Shown one piece after another: positions 27,555 through 36,991 of a DNA stretch of 64,000 nucleotides. The position numbers and the translations under genes are program-made. The notes under the pieces are model-generated. The model was not told the DNA's origin, searched no databases, and worked only from the letters and a program-made list of their open reading frames with translations. The stretch is from Candidatus Latescibacterota bacterium (GTDB lineage Bacteria > Latescibacterota > UBA2968 > GCA-2709665): assembly GCA_965222075.1 (NCBI GenBank), contig OZ244937.1, forward strand, positions 2,528,001 through 2,592,000, in the 5' to 3' direction. Numbering within the stretch: position 1 is the first letter of the stretch; every line of letters starts with the position of its first letter.

Positions 27555-30188
27555 ATGCCTTCTCACACACCTCGTTCCATCACAAAATTCTGCAAAACCG
27601 TTCTTCCCCTGCTCCACAAACACACGGACGGACGGCGCACCCTCAACGACATTGCCGCAATTGCGGAAACCGACCGCTGGAACTCCTTCGACCGCTTCCA
27701 CGAAACCACGGAAACCCTTGTCCGGCGCTACACGGATGCGGGCGCTGTCGCCGAGGTCCACCCCATCCAGACGGGCGGCCGGATCGGATCGGGCCGCTGG
27801 ATCATCCACGAGGCCGCCGACGTGCGGTCGGCAACCGTGGACATCGTCAAACCCGTCCGGCAGCGCATCCTCGACTACAGAGAGAACCCCTGGCACGTCG
27901 TCCAGTGGAGCGGGGCTACCCCCCGGGGCGGGATGGTCAACGAACTCGTCGTCGTAGATGACGTGAAGGCACTCCAGCGCATGCCTGTGGGAGCGCTCGC
28001 CGGCAAGATGGTCCTTACACAAATCGACGTTCGCAGCGACATGCGAATATTTGCCGAAAAAGGGGCCGCGGGGGTTATCTACGACCGCCCGGTGCCTCAC
28101 CTGCCCAATGCCACGCCCTGGACCAAGTTCGGCTGGGGCGGCATCCCCATCGAAAACGCCCCCTTTCACCTGGTCGGACTTGTGCTCTCCGGCAATGAGG
28201 GAAAAAGAGTTCGCAGACTCGTGCAAAAACACGGCAGCCTCACCCTGCGCACCAGAGTCGACATCCGAAAATACGTGGGCACCCACGACATGGTCAGCGG
28301 CGTCGTCAAAGGCGCAGACGACCCGCAGGATGAGGTCTGGGTGCTTGCACACAGCGCCGAACCCGGCGCGCTCGACAACGCCTCGGGCGTTGCGCTCTGC
28401 CTGGAAATCGCCCGCATCATCGAGAGCCTGGTCGCCAGGGGGCTGCTGCCCCGTCCCCGGCGGTCGATAAGACTGCTCAACGCCTACGAATGTCACGGCT
28501 TCTTCAAATACCTGGAAGACGTAAGGCGTCTGCAGACCCCGCTGGCCGGTGTGGTCATCGATACCGTTGGGTCCAGACCCGGAGTCTGCAACGGCCGGCT
28601 CGAATGGCACGCCACCATCCCCATGTCGGCGGGGTTTGTGGACCGCGTAGGTGAAGCCATCATTCGCGCTGCACTGCGCCTCAATAACCCCGGCTACAAA
28701 CTCTACCTCGAACCCTTTATGTCCACCTCGGACACCCTCATCGGAGATCCGAAATACGGGTTTCCCTGCCCCTGGATCACCACCCACCACCGCGATGTGA
28801 ACACGGCCTCCTACGCCTATCACACCTCCGCCGACACCGTGGACCTCGTAAGCCCGCGGGGGCTGGCCGCCTGCGCCACTGCCATGGCCGGCTACCTCTA
28901 CTACCTGGCCGATGCCGGCAGCCGGGAGGTCGTGGACCTGGCAGCGGCGGAAACGCGTAGAACGCTGGATCGGCTTCAGCGCCAGCATAAAAAAATCTCC
29001 GAGGCCCAGGCGGCCTACATACGCAACGAACACCACGTCACCACGCAAAAGCTCCAGCGCTGGATGTGGGGTGGGGACCGCTCGGCAATCCTTTCCCGCC
29101 TCGCCGACTGCGAGCGCCGGGTGCGAGAAGCGGCCGAAAGAGCCGGTCGAAAGCAGGTGCGCAACCAGAAGCGGCGTGTGCCGGGTGCCTCCCGCGTCCC
29201 CCACCGCACCGCACCGCTCTCCCCCATACCCGAAAACATGCCTGCCGCCATCTCCAAACACATCGGAAGCGCAAAGCTCTCGTCCTGGGCGCTGTTCTGG
29301 GCGGACGGCAACCGCACACTCCTGGAAATTGCCGAGGCCATCTCCTGTGAAACGGAGCAGAACGTCGCCCTCAAGCGCGTTGTTACCTTCTTTGAAGCCC
29401 ACGCAGAACTCGGATACGTCAACCTGTTCGACCAGAAAGAGATGATCTTGAAGGCGCGGCTCGTCTCCGACCTCAAGGCCCTGGGCCTGGAGCGCGGCAT
29501 GGATGTCATAGTACACAGCTCCCTGTCCGCAATCGGCCACGTCATCGGCGGTCCCGACACAGTGATTGACGCCCTCCTGACCGTCATCGGCAAAAAGAGC
29601 ACACTGATGATGCCCTCCTTCAACCACGCCAGCGCAGTGGTCTACAACCCCATGACCACGCCGACCACCAACGGGGCGGTTCCCGACGCCTTCTGGCGCC
29701 GCCCCGAGGCGGTGCGCAGCCTGCAGCCCACCCACCCTGTTGCGGCCATCGGTCCCAGGGCCGAAGCCTACTGCCACGGCCATCTCGAAAACGGCATCTG
29801 GGCGCCCGACAGCCCCATCGGCCGACTCATCTACGGGGGAGGCTACGTCCTCTCCCTGGGCGTGGACCACAACGCCACCACCGCCTACCACGTGGCCGAA
29901 ATCCAGCTTCCGTGCGGCTGCATCGACTCCTTCGGCAACACCGACCGCATCGTCAGACCCGACGGCAGCGTTCAGGAAGTCCCCGGCCTCGCCTTCCGTT
30001 CCGGGGTCTGTCCCATCTCACCCGGCAAACTCAACACGACCCTCGACCGATGCAAACGCCAGAAACACGGCTGGGTCGGCAACGCGCCATCGACCCTGGT
30101 AAAAGCGATCGACGTCTGGAAAGCGCGCACCGACCATCTAAAAAACGTCTGCCCCACCTGCACGATTAAACCCAGAATAAGGACGTGA
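27555..30188 (+). CDS. M28/DUF4910-like peptidase domain fused to an AAC(3)-family N-acetyltransferase
   Basis: LAHSAEPGALDNASGVA and YHTSADT (M28-like); C-terminal VHSSLSAIG, LMMPSF, RSLQPTHPVAAIG, LGV...TAYHVAE (AAC(3)). Confidence 0.8.
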   Translation: MPSHTPRSITKFCKTVLPLLHKHTDGRRTLNDIAAIAETDRWNSFDRFHETTETLVRRYTDAGAVAEVHPIQTGGRIGSGRWIIHEAADVRSATVDIVKPVRQRILDYRENPWHVVQWSGATPRGGMVNELVVVDDVKALQRMPVGALAGKMVLTQIDVRSDMRIFAEKGAAGVIYDRPVPHLPNATPWTKFGWGGIPIENAPFHLVGLVLSGNEGKRVRRLVQKHGSLTLRTRVDIRKYVGTHDMVSGVVKGADDPQDEVWVLAHSAEPGALDNASGVALCLEIARIIESLVARGLLPRPRRSIRLLNAYECHGFFKYLEDVRRLQTPLAGVVIDTVGSRPGVCNGRLEWHATIPMSAGFVDRVGEAIIRAALRLNNPGYKLYLEPFMSTSDTLIGDPKYGFPCPWITTHHRDVNTASYAYHTSADTVDLVSPRGLAACATAMAGYLYYLADAGSREVVDLAAAETRRTLDRLQRQHKKISEAQAAYIRNEHHVTTQKLQRWMWGGDRSAILSRLADCERRVREAAERAGRKQVRNQKRRVPGASRVPHRTAPLSPIPENMPAAISKHIGSAKLSSWALFWADGNRTLLEIAEAISCETEQNVALKRVVTFFEAHAELGYVNLFDQKEMILKARLVSDLKALGLERGMDVIVHSSLSAIGHVIGGPDTVIDALLTVIGKKSTLMMPSFNHASAVVYNPMTTPTTNGAVPDAFWRRPEAVRSLQPTHPVAAIGPRAEAYCHGHLENGIWAPDSPIGRLIYGGGYVLSLGVDHNATTAYHVAEIQLPCGCIDSFGNTDRIVRPDGSVQEVPGLAFRSGVCPISPGKLNTTLDRCKRQKHGWVGNAPSTLVKAIDVWKARTDHLKNVCPTCTIKPRIRT

Positions 30189-30299
30189 AACGGCAAACGG
30201 TCCCCTCCACCCTACCCCAAAGCCCTGGCTCCGGCTTCCGGTAGGTGATGTGTGGGGACGTTTCACGTTTCACATCCCCAACAAGGAGACCAACCGCCG

Positions 30300-31610
30300 A
30301 TGAAAACCGACCGATCGGCCGAACTGTTCGCCGAAAGCTCCAAATACCTGGCGATGGGCGTCTCTTCGGGGATGCGAAAGGCCGTCACCGCCCCCCCGCT
30401 CTTTTTCAAGCGCGCAGAGGGATCTTACTACTTCGATGTGGACGGCAACAAACTGCTGGACTACACCCTCGCCTGGGGGCCCCTCATCCTGGGGTCCAAC
30501 CATCCGGCTCTCAACGCCGCTGTTGTTGAGGCGGTTCAGAAGTCCTACACCCTGGGTGCCCAGCATCCGGGCGAAGTGGAACTCGCCAGACGCCTCACCG
30601 AACTCCTCCCCGGAGTCGAACAGGTCATCCTCTCCAACACCGGTTCCGAAGCTGTCCAGGCCGCCTTCCGCCTGGCCCGCGCGGCCACCGGCCGCAGCAA
30701 GATCCTCAAATTCGAGGGCCACTACCACGGCTGGCTCAACAACACCTTAGTCAGCTATCACGCCCCCGAAGCGGCCATGGGTCCGCTCGAATCGCCCCAC
30801 ATTGTCCCCGCCTGCGAGGGCCAGCCCCCCTCCGAGTACGCCGAGACCCTGGTCCTGCCCTGGAACCGCCTCGACCTGCTCGAAGAGACCTTCGCCGAAA
30901 AAGGATCGGAAATCGCCGCCGTCATCGCCGAACCCATCCTCGCCAATTCCGGTTCCATCATGCCCGGGGAGGGATACCTGGAGGGCCTGGTCGACCTCTG
31001 CCGCCGCTGGGGCGCCGTCTCCATCTTCGACGAGGTCATCACCGGCTTTCGCATCGCCCTGGGCGGCGCCCGCGAATACTTCGGCCTGCAGCCCGACCTC
31101 TCCGTGTACGCAAAGGCGCTTGCGGGCGGCTTCACCCTGGCCGCAGTCGGCGGGCGCCGGGGCCTGTTCGACGTGCTTCGGGAGGGCAAGACCATCCACG
31201 CCGGGACATACAACGGCAGCTCGATCAACTTAGCCGCCGGCATCGCCACCCTGAATGTCCTCAGCGCCGACCCCGACGCTTATACCCGTATGCACGCGCA
31301 CGGGAATGCCATTCGTGAAACCTTTGAAAAGGGTGCAAAAGCCAGAGGCCTCACCCTCTGCACCTCGGGGGTAGGCACCGTCTTCACCATCCACTTCGGC
31401 GTCTCTGTGCCCCCCACCCACTACCGGGAATGCGCCTCGGTAGACACTGATCTCTACACCCGCTTCCGCGCTCAGATGCTCGAGGACGGCATCCAGCTCT
31501 TACCCGACGGCCGCTGGTACGTGGGCCTGATGCACACGGAGAAAGAACTGGCCCTCACACAGGCCGCCATCCAAAAAGGCCTCACCGTGCTTTCCCGGCT
31601 CAAAGCGTGA
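30300..31610 (+). CDS. class III PLP aminotransferase, GSA-aminomutase-like
   Basis: WGPLILG, NTGSEA, FEGHYHG, FDEVITGFR, AKAL, HAGTYNG. Confidence 0.85.
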   Translation: MKTDRSAELFAESSKYLAMGVSSGMRKAVTAPPLFFKRAEGSYYFDVDGNKLLDYTLAWGPLILGSNHPALNAAVVEAVQKSYTLGAQHPGEVELARRLTELLPGVEQVILSNTGSEAVQAAFRLARAATGRSKILKFEGHYHGWLNNTLVSYHAPEAAMGPLESPHIVPACEGQPPSEYAETLVLPWNRLDLLEETFAEKGSEIAAVIAEPILANSGSIMPGEGYLEGLVDLCRRWGAVSIFDEVITGFRIALGGAREYFGLQPDLSVYAKALAGGFTLAAVGGRRGLFDVLREGKTIHAGTYNGSSINLAAGIATLNVLSADPDAYTRMHAHGNAIRETFEKGAKARGLTLCTSGVGTVFTIHFGVSVPPTHYRECASVDTDLYTRFRAQMLEDGIQLLPDGRWYVGLMHTEKELALTQAAIQKGLTVLSRLKA

Positions 31611-31713
31611 GGGGGGCAGGCGCCCACAAGGGGCTTTTCCGCGCGGTTCCCTCCATCACCTGTTCGGCGTATCCCGGACCTTTTGGGAGTTACGGGGCTG
31701 GTTTGGAAAACCC

Positions 31714-31742
31714 TTGACAACGCAATAGCATTATCGTAAACT
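31714..31742 (+). promoter_or_regulatory. sigma70-type promoter
   Basis: TTGACA-N17-TAAACT. Confidence 0.6.
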
Positions 31743-31810
31743 GATTTTAGGATCAGGTTGTTTTTCCAGTTCAGAATCAACAGTAGAGAAACAGGCTCGG
31801 AGGACATTGT

Positions 31811-32569
31811 ATGACGGACAAAGACATCCAACCCTTCCTGGACGCATGGCCCTATGAGTCGGATAAGCTCTGTGTGCGAGAAATCAAGGGGGAGGATGGA
31901 CGTAAAAAGATCCAGCTCCGCATCGAAATGGGCATCTTGCAGATGGAGATCGCCGGCCGTCCCGATGGCCAGCGTCCACACGGCCACGAATCTCTCCTCC
32001 ACTACCACAAGGCACAGGCCGAAACCGCCAAACGGCAACAGGACGGCCGGGAGGCCTTTTCAATCGATCCCGAGACCTGTATCGCGCTTCAGATGGAGGC
32101 CCTCCAGTATTACCACCGGCGGATCAGTTTTCTGGAACTGGGGGAATATGGACGCGCCCAACAGGACGCTAAGCGCAACCTGAAGCTCTTCGACTTCGTC
32201 AAACAGTATGCAGCCGACGAGGAAGACAGTCTGGTCATGGAACAACATCGCCCCTTTGTGATTGGACACCGCGTGCGTGCGGCGGTCCTTCAAAAACTGG
32301 AAGAGGAGGACTACGACCGGGCCCTGAAAGAGATCGAAGAGGGGATCGGTGAGATTCAGGCCTTTTTCAAGGATTTCGATCGGCCCGATCTGGTGGACGA
32401 GAGCGAAGAGATCGCGTTCCTGAAGGAATGGGCAGATGAGATCCGGAAAGATCGGCCCAGATCCCTGTTGCAAGACCTGAAGGAGCAGCTGAAAGAGGCC
32501 ATCACCCAGGAAGACTTCGAACACGCGGCAGAACTCCGGGACCGGCTCCGTGCCCTCTCCGAGAATTAG
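31811..32569 (+). CDS. UvrB/UvrC-motif containing protein
   Basis: GRPDGQRPHG N-terminal domain; C-terminal EAITQEDFEHAAELRD UVR motif. Confidence 0.8.
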   Translation: MTDKDIQPFLDAWPYESDKLCVREIKGEDGRKKIQLRIEMGILQMEIAGRPDGQRPHGHESLLHYHKAQAETAKRQQDGREAFSIDPETCIALQMEALQYYHRRISFLELGEYGRAQQDAKRNLKLFDFVKQYAADEEDSLVMEQHRPFVIGHRVRAAVLQKLEEEDYDRALKEIEEGIGEIQAFFKDFDRPDLVDESEEIAFLKEWADEIRKDRPRSLLQDLKEQLKEAITQEDFEHAAELRDRLRALSEN

Positions 32570-32583
32570 GGAGGCCATATCGT

Positions 32584-33888
32584 TTGATAAGGGTTGAAAC
32601 CACAATCGAACAAGAACCCGAACGCGCACTGCTGGTGGGTTTGATCCTTCCCGAGGTGTCCCATCTGGAGGCCCAGGACACGATGGATGAAATCGTCCTG
32701 TTGGCTGACACGGCAGGCGCCCGGGTGCTGGATAGGATCGTACAGGAGCGGAAGAACATTGACCCGGCTTATTTTATCGGGCGTGGAAAGGCAGAAGAAC
32801 TGGGCCTGCGGGCAAAAGAGCTGGATGCCGAAGTCGTCATCTTCGACGACGACCTCTCACCGGCCCAGATGCGAAACCTGGAAGAGCTTATCGGCGTTAA
32901 AATCATCGACCGGAGCCGGTTGATTTTAGACATCTTTGCCGGACGGGCCAAAACCCGCGAGGCGCAGACCCAGGTCGAACTGGCGCAGCTCAACTATATG
33001 CTGCCCCGTCTCACCCGCCAGTGGACCCACCTCTCACGGCAGGCAGGTCACGGCGGCACAACCGGCGGCATTGGCACCCGGGGCCCTGGAGAGACCCAGC
33101 TTGAGGTGGACCGTCGGGCCCTTCGAAACCGCATCAGTACGCTCTCCCGGGCGCTGAATCAGATCGTCCGTCAGCGCGCCCTGGGCCGAAAGAGGCGTTC
33201 CAACACCTTTTGCGTTGCCATAGTCGGCTACACCAACACGGGCAAATCGACCCTTATGCATGCCCTCTCAGGCGCCGATGTCCTGGTGGAAAACCGGCTC
33301 TTCGCCACCCTCGACTCCACGACACGCACCGTCTACCTCGGATACAATCGGGAGATTCTCCTCACCGACACCGTGGGGTTCATCAGGAAACTGCCCCACC
33401 ACCTCATCGCCTCTTTCCGGAGCACCCTGGAAGAAGCGGTGGAGGCCGACCTCCTCCTCCACATCGTCGACGTCAGCCACCCTTTCTGCGGTGAACAGAT
33501 CGCGTCCGTATTCGAGACCCTGGAGGGGCTTGGAATTGTCGAGAAGCCCATGCTGATGGTCTTCAACAAGATCGACCGCCTCGACGATTCGGGCAAACAG
33601 TCCCGCCTCCAGGCCAAATATCCCCAAAGCGTCTGGATCTCGGCTCGCACCGGAGAGGGCGTAGACGACCTCAGGGAGGCCATCTACGACCGAACCGAAA
33701 GCGACCGCATCACCCTGTGCCTCCAGGTTCCTCAGGCAGACGGAAAACTCCTCTCAGAGCTGTACCGCGCCGGTGAGATCTTAAGCATACACTACAAGGG
33801 CAACGACGTCCTCCTTGAAGTCAAACTCAGCAGCCAGCACGCGCGGTGTCTCCTCCCCAACGGTCGGTATCGGCTCAAGAACGAATGA
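32584..33888 (+). CDS. hflX: GTPase HflX
   Basis: RGPGETQLE, GYTNTGKS, FATLD, DTVG, NKID. Confidence 0.95.
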   Translation: MIRVETTIEQEPERALLVGLILPEVSHLEAQDTMDEIVLLADTAGARVLDRIVQERKNIDPAYFIGRGKAEELGLRAKELDAEVVIFDDDLSPAQMRNLEELIGVKIIDRSRLILDIFAGRAKTREAQTQVELAQLNYMLPRLTRQWTHLSRQAGHGGTTGGIGTRGPGETQLEVDRRALRNRISTLSRALNQIVRQRALGRKRRSNTFCVAIVGYTNTGKSTLMHALSGADVLVENRLFATLDSTTRTVYLGYNREILLTDTVGFIRKLPHHLIASFRSTLEEAVEADLLLHIVDVSHPFCGEQIASVFETLEGLGIVEKPMLMVFNKIDRLDDSGKQSRLQAKYPQSVWISARTGEGVDDLREAIYDRTESDRITLCLQVPQADGKLLSELYRAGEILSIHYKGNDVLLEVKLSSQHARCLLPNGRYRLKNE

Positions 33889-33983
33889 CACGGAAGGTCA
33901 CCAAACCTTAAAAAAATAGGGGCACACCTGATTGTGCCCCTGTATGCCCCCGATTAATCGGTCGAATACCTTTGCCCCACCAC

Positions 33984-34391
33984 TTACTTCACCTCCACGG
34001 GCTCCTCGTCCCGATTCCAGGCAGGCTGGTCCATCTCCGTGGATTCGCCGGCATTGCAGACCCCCCGGAACGTCGCTCCCTCCTCCACGATCAGCACCTG
34101 TGCCGTAATATCTCCGACCAGCACCGCGCTCGACTCCAACTTGACCTGATGCGACGCCTCTAACTTCCCCTCCAGCCGTCCGGCAATAACCGCGTCCTTA
34201 ACCCGAATCGAATCGGCCTTCACCTCGCCGGAGGAGCCGACCACCAGCGCACCTGAAGAGGTCAACTGCCCTTTGAGGGTGCCGTCCACACGGATGCCTT
34301 CATGGACCTCAAAGCACCCTTCTAAGACCGTACCCTTCCCCACAACCGTATTGAGCGCATCTTTCTCTGTACCATATTTTTTGTTCGCCAT
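33984..34391 (-). CDS. bactofilin (polymer-forming cytoskeletal protein)
   Basis: TVVGKGTVLEG...IRVDG...GDI...VEEGATFRG beta-helix repeats. Confidence 0.88.
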   Translation of the reverse strand: MANKKYGTEKDALNTVVGKGTVLEGCFEVHEGIRVDGTLKGQLTSSGALVVGSSGEVKADSIRVKDAVIAGRLEGKLEASHQVKLESSAVLVGDITAQVLIVEEGATFRGVCNAGESTEMDQPAWNRDEEPVEVK

Positions 34392-34433
34392 TTGGATTTT
34401 CCCAACCGAATTGAACTTTCTTCGTATGGGCTT

Positions 34434-35270
34434 CTAAGGCAAATACTGCCTCGGATTTCGGTGCCCACCGCCTTCTAAAACCTCGTAGTGAAGGTGAGGC
34501 CCGCTGCTGTGGCCCGAGTTCCCCACCAGGGCAATCGGCTGGCCCCTCCGGACCTCTTCCCCTTCAGAGACCAGAAGGGCTGCATTGTGGCCATAACGTG
34601 TCAAAAAAACACCCGAATGGTCGATGGCAACCATCTGCCCCAGCACCTCGCTCACGCCTGCAAAAACCACCATGCCATCTGCGGTCGCCCGAATCACCGT
34701 ACCCTCGGCCGCTGCAATATCAATCCCCAGATGCTGATTTTGCAGAACGCCGGAGCGCTCCTCGAACTCCGCCGTCACCCATCCGACCGATCTGGAGATC
34801 GGCCAGATCAATGGTATCTGGCGGGGATCCACCGGCTCTTGAGAGCGTGGTGTAGAATGCCCTACGACCGTTGTAATCTGGCCCGACATCTCCGCGCTGC
34901 CCAGCAAGGTGCGGGAAGTGGCAGGGACCGAATAAGCGGCCGGCGCCAGATTCACTTTGGACGAAAGCATATGGCGCAACTGCTGATCCATCTGCTTCAT
35001 ATACGCGACCATCTGCGCCAGTTCTTCAACCCGTTCTACTTTGGCCTGCAATCGGATGTTCTCCCGCTTATGCGCCTGCGCCACCCGCTCCCAGTCGCGG
35101 GCCTGCCAGTAAAACCTCCCCCCCATAACCACCAGTACCAGGAGCACCCCAAGGCCCCCGGCTACTGCCCACAGCAGCCAGTAACTGACCTTGAACTCCA
35201 GCGTGTGGGCTCCGTCGTCCGGGACCACCAGCACCGACAGTTGTCTGCGACGCCGTTTGGACAATCTCAT
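34434..35270 (-). CDS. M23 family metallopeptidase
   Basis: TM, coiled coil, HLGID and GPHLHYE; promoter TTGACT-N17-TATATT at 35321-35349. Confidence 0.9.
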   Translation of the reverse strand: MRLSKRRRRQLSVLVVPDDGAHTLEFKVSYWLLWAVAGGLGVLLVLVVMGGRFYWQARDWERVAQAHKRENIRLQAKVERVEELAQMVAYMKQMDQQLRHMLSSKVNLAPAAYSVPATSRTLLGSAEMSGQITTVVGHSTPRSQEPVDPRQIPLIWPISRSVGWVTAEFEERSGVLQNQHLGIDIAAAEGTVIRATADGMVVFAGVSEVLGQMVAIDHSGVFLTRYGHNAALLVSEGEEVRRGQPIALVGNSGHSSGPHLHYEVLEGGGHRNPRQYLP

Positions 35271-35378
35271 AGACCTTCCGGTCAATACAGGTCGGGGGCA
35301 AAAGGGCAAACAGGTCGGGTAATATAAAGCGTACACCTGCAAAAGTCAATATCCCGATAGTCTTGTTCCCTTATCTCT

Positions 35379-35873
35379 TCACCGTGTGTTCTTAAACATC
35401 CGGTCCGCTAAGATGTGGAGCAGGTCGGGCAAACAGAGGCCGCAAAGCGCCCAGCCCACTCCGGTCCAATCCACATGCCGCAGGTTCCGAATCGACATCT
35501 TCCAGCCCAGATCAAAACAAACGTTTGCCACGGACGACAGAATATACACCATCGCCAGAAGATAAAGCACCCGGGTCAGGGTGCCAACAATCGGCATATG
35601 CGAAATCCCGCGGTGCTTGAACATCTGCGCATACGGCCGCCAGACTAAGCGGAGCAACCCCCAGTTGTGCATCGGATCGCTCCTGGCCAGATCCATATCG
35701 GGAGAAAGGAGGAACGTCCCGAAGAGATAGGCCAGCACAAAAACCGCACTGTACTCCACCAGTTCATCCCAGCCGAAATACCGCGCCAGCGGCTCCCGGA
35801 AATAGAAGGCCAGGCCGAACAGTACGGCCAGCATAAAAAGATCGATCCGTGTATGGGTCTGTCCAGAGGGCAT
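35379..35873 (-). CDS. DUF2227-like metal-binding membrane protein
   Basis: MPSGQTH, LSPDMDL, HRGISH, HILAD. Confidence 0.8.
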   Translation of the reverse strand: MPSGQTHTRIDLFMLAVLFGLAFYFREPLARYFGWDELVEYSAVFVLAYLFGTFLLSPDMDLARSDPMHNWGLLRLVWRPYAQMFKHRGISHMPIVGTLTRVLYLLAMVYILSSVANVCFDLGWKMSIRNLRHVDWTGVGWALCGLCLPDLLHILADRMFKNTR

Positions 35874-35954
35874 TGTATTGATTGCGGAATGCGGATTTGG
35901 GATTGCGGATTTAAAGTCTTTTATTGTTCGCGGTGGTGATCCGAAATCCGAAAT

Positions 35955-36971
35955 TTAAAAGGATGACTCAAAGTGGCGCACCGCCGCCCGGCCATCCCCG
36001 GCTGCCCGTACGCCGGTCAAAATCTCAACCCCCCGCCCGGGTTCTCCCAGCAGCAGCAGGCCCGTCAGGCCCCCCCCCACAGGTCCGTATCCCCGAAAGC
36101 GCAGACCGTCTCCCTCCAGACCGTAAACCCTCACGGCCCCGTCCATCGCCCCCACGCCCACCAGCCCGGGGGCGCCTGAAAGCGTCGACAGGTTCAGGGC
36201 ACGGGTCCTCCCCCCGGTAACCGGCCCGCGCCAGATCTCGGCGTAGCGCCCCCCGGCGGCTCGATAAACCCTCGCCTCTCCCCCTTCGTCGCCGGTCCCA
36301 ACCTCCAGCACCAGTTCGGGCGTCCCTGCGCCGTCCAGATCGCCCAGGGCCAGATCGCCCACATGCATCCGCACCTCCAGCGTCTGCCAGCGCCGCAGCA
36401 TCCCCTTCCCCCACCGGTAGAAAACCACCGCAGTTTCCTCCAGTTCGGCATCCCCTGCAATGTCATAAAGTGTCACCGCCACCTCGGCCCGTCCGTCGCC
36501 ATCTGCATCTGCGACTTCAACCCGGTCCGTCCACTCAGAGGCCAGCCGTTCTACATGCCACACGCTCAACCCGCCATTCTGCCAGCCCAGAACCACCAGC
36601 CGGCCCCCGCCAACCGCCACCAACTCCGCACTTCCGTCCCCATCTAAGTCCCCTGCCGCCACATCCTCTACCACGTGCAACTCCGGCCCAACTGCCAGGA
36701 GCTGCAAGAGCCGTCCTGCTCGCCGGTACACCTCCACCCGGGCGCGCTTTGAAACGGTGGGATCGGTCACCGCCCGAAAGGGCCCCACTCGCCCCCCCAC
36801 AATCACTTCAGCCCGCCCGTCGCCATCCACATCGCCCGATGCAAACCGCGGCCGGGAGATCCCTTCGGAGAAACCCACCTGTGCGGAAGCAGGGAAATGA
36901 AAAATGAAAAATGAAAAATGAAAAATGAAAATTCCAATCGTCATTCCGCGTTCTATATTCATCGTCCGCAT
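35955..36971 (-). CDS. secreted FG-GAP/VCBS repeat protein
   Basis: Repeated GDxDGDGxxE motifs; signal peptide ending ASA. Confidence 0.8.
   Translation of the reverse strand: MRTMNIERGMTIGIFIFHFSFFIFHFPASAQVGFSEGISRPRFASGDVDGDGRAEVIVGGRVGPFRAVTDPTVSKRARVEVYRRAGRLLQLLAVGPELHVVEDVAAGDLDGDGSAELVAVGGGRLVVLGWQNGGLSVWHVERLASEWTDRVEVADADGDGRAEVAVTLYDIAGDAELEETAVVFYRWGKGMLRRWQTLEVRMHVGDLALGDLDGAGTPELVLEVGTGDEGGEARVYRAAGGRYAEIWRGPVTGGRTRALNLSTLSGAPGLVGVGAMDGAVRVYGLEGDGLRFRGYGPVGGGLTGLLLLGEPGRGVEILTGVRAAGDGRAAVRHFESSF
36897..36931. repeat. (ATGAAAA)5 perfect tandem repeat inside a signal-peptide coding region
   Basis: Five exact 7-bp units read directly. Confidence 0.9.
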
Positions 36972-36991
36972 ATCGCCCTTATCCCTGGTTT

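Noticed and set aside
27057-29891. 944-aa antisense ORF
   Set aside because: Shadow of the Ldh_2 and fusion genes in GC-rich DNA; no motifs, and the opposite strand has clear domains.
30300-31610. Assigning hemL
   Set aside because: GSA-aminomutase-like, but the N-terminal motif is GVSSGMR rather than GVNSPVR and there is no heme-synthesis context; left as a family call.
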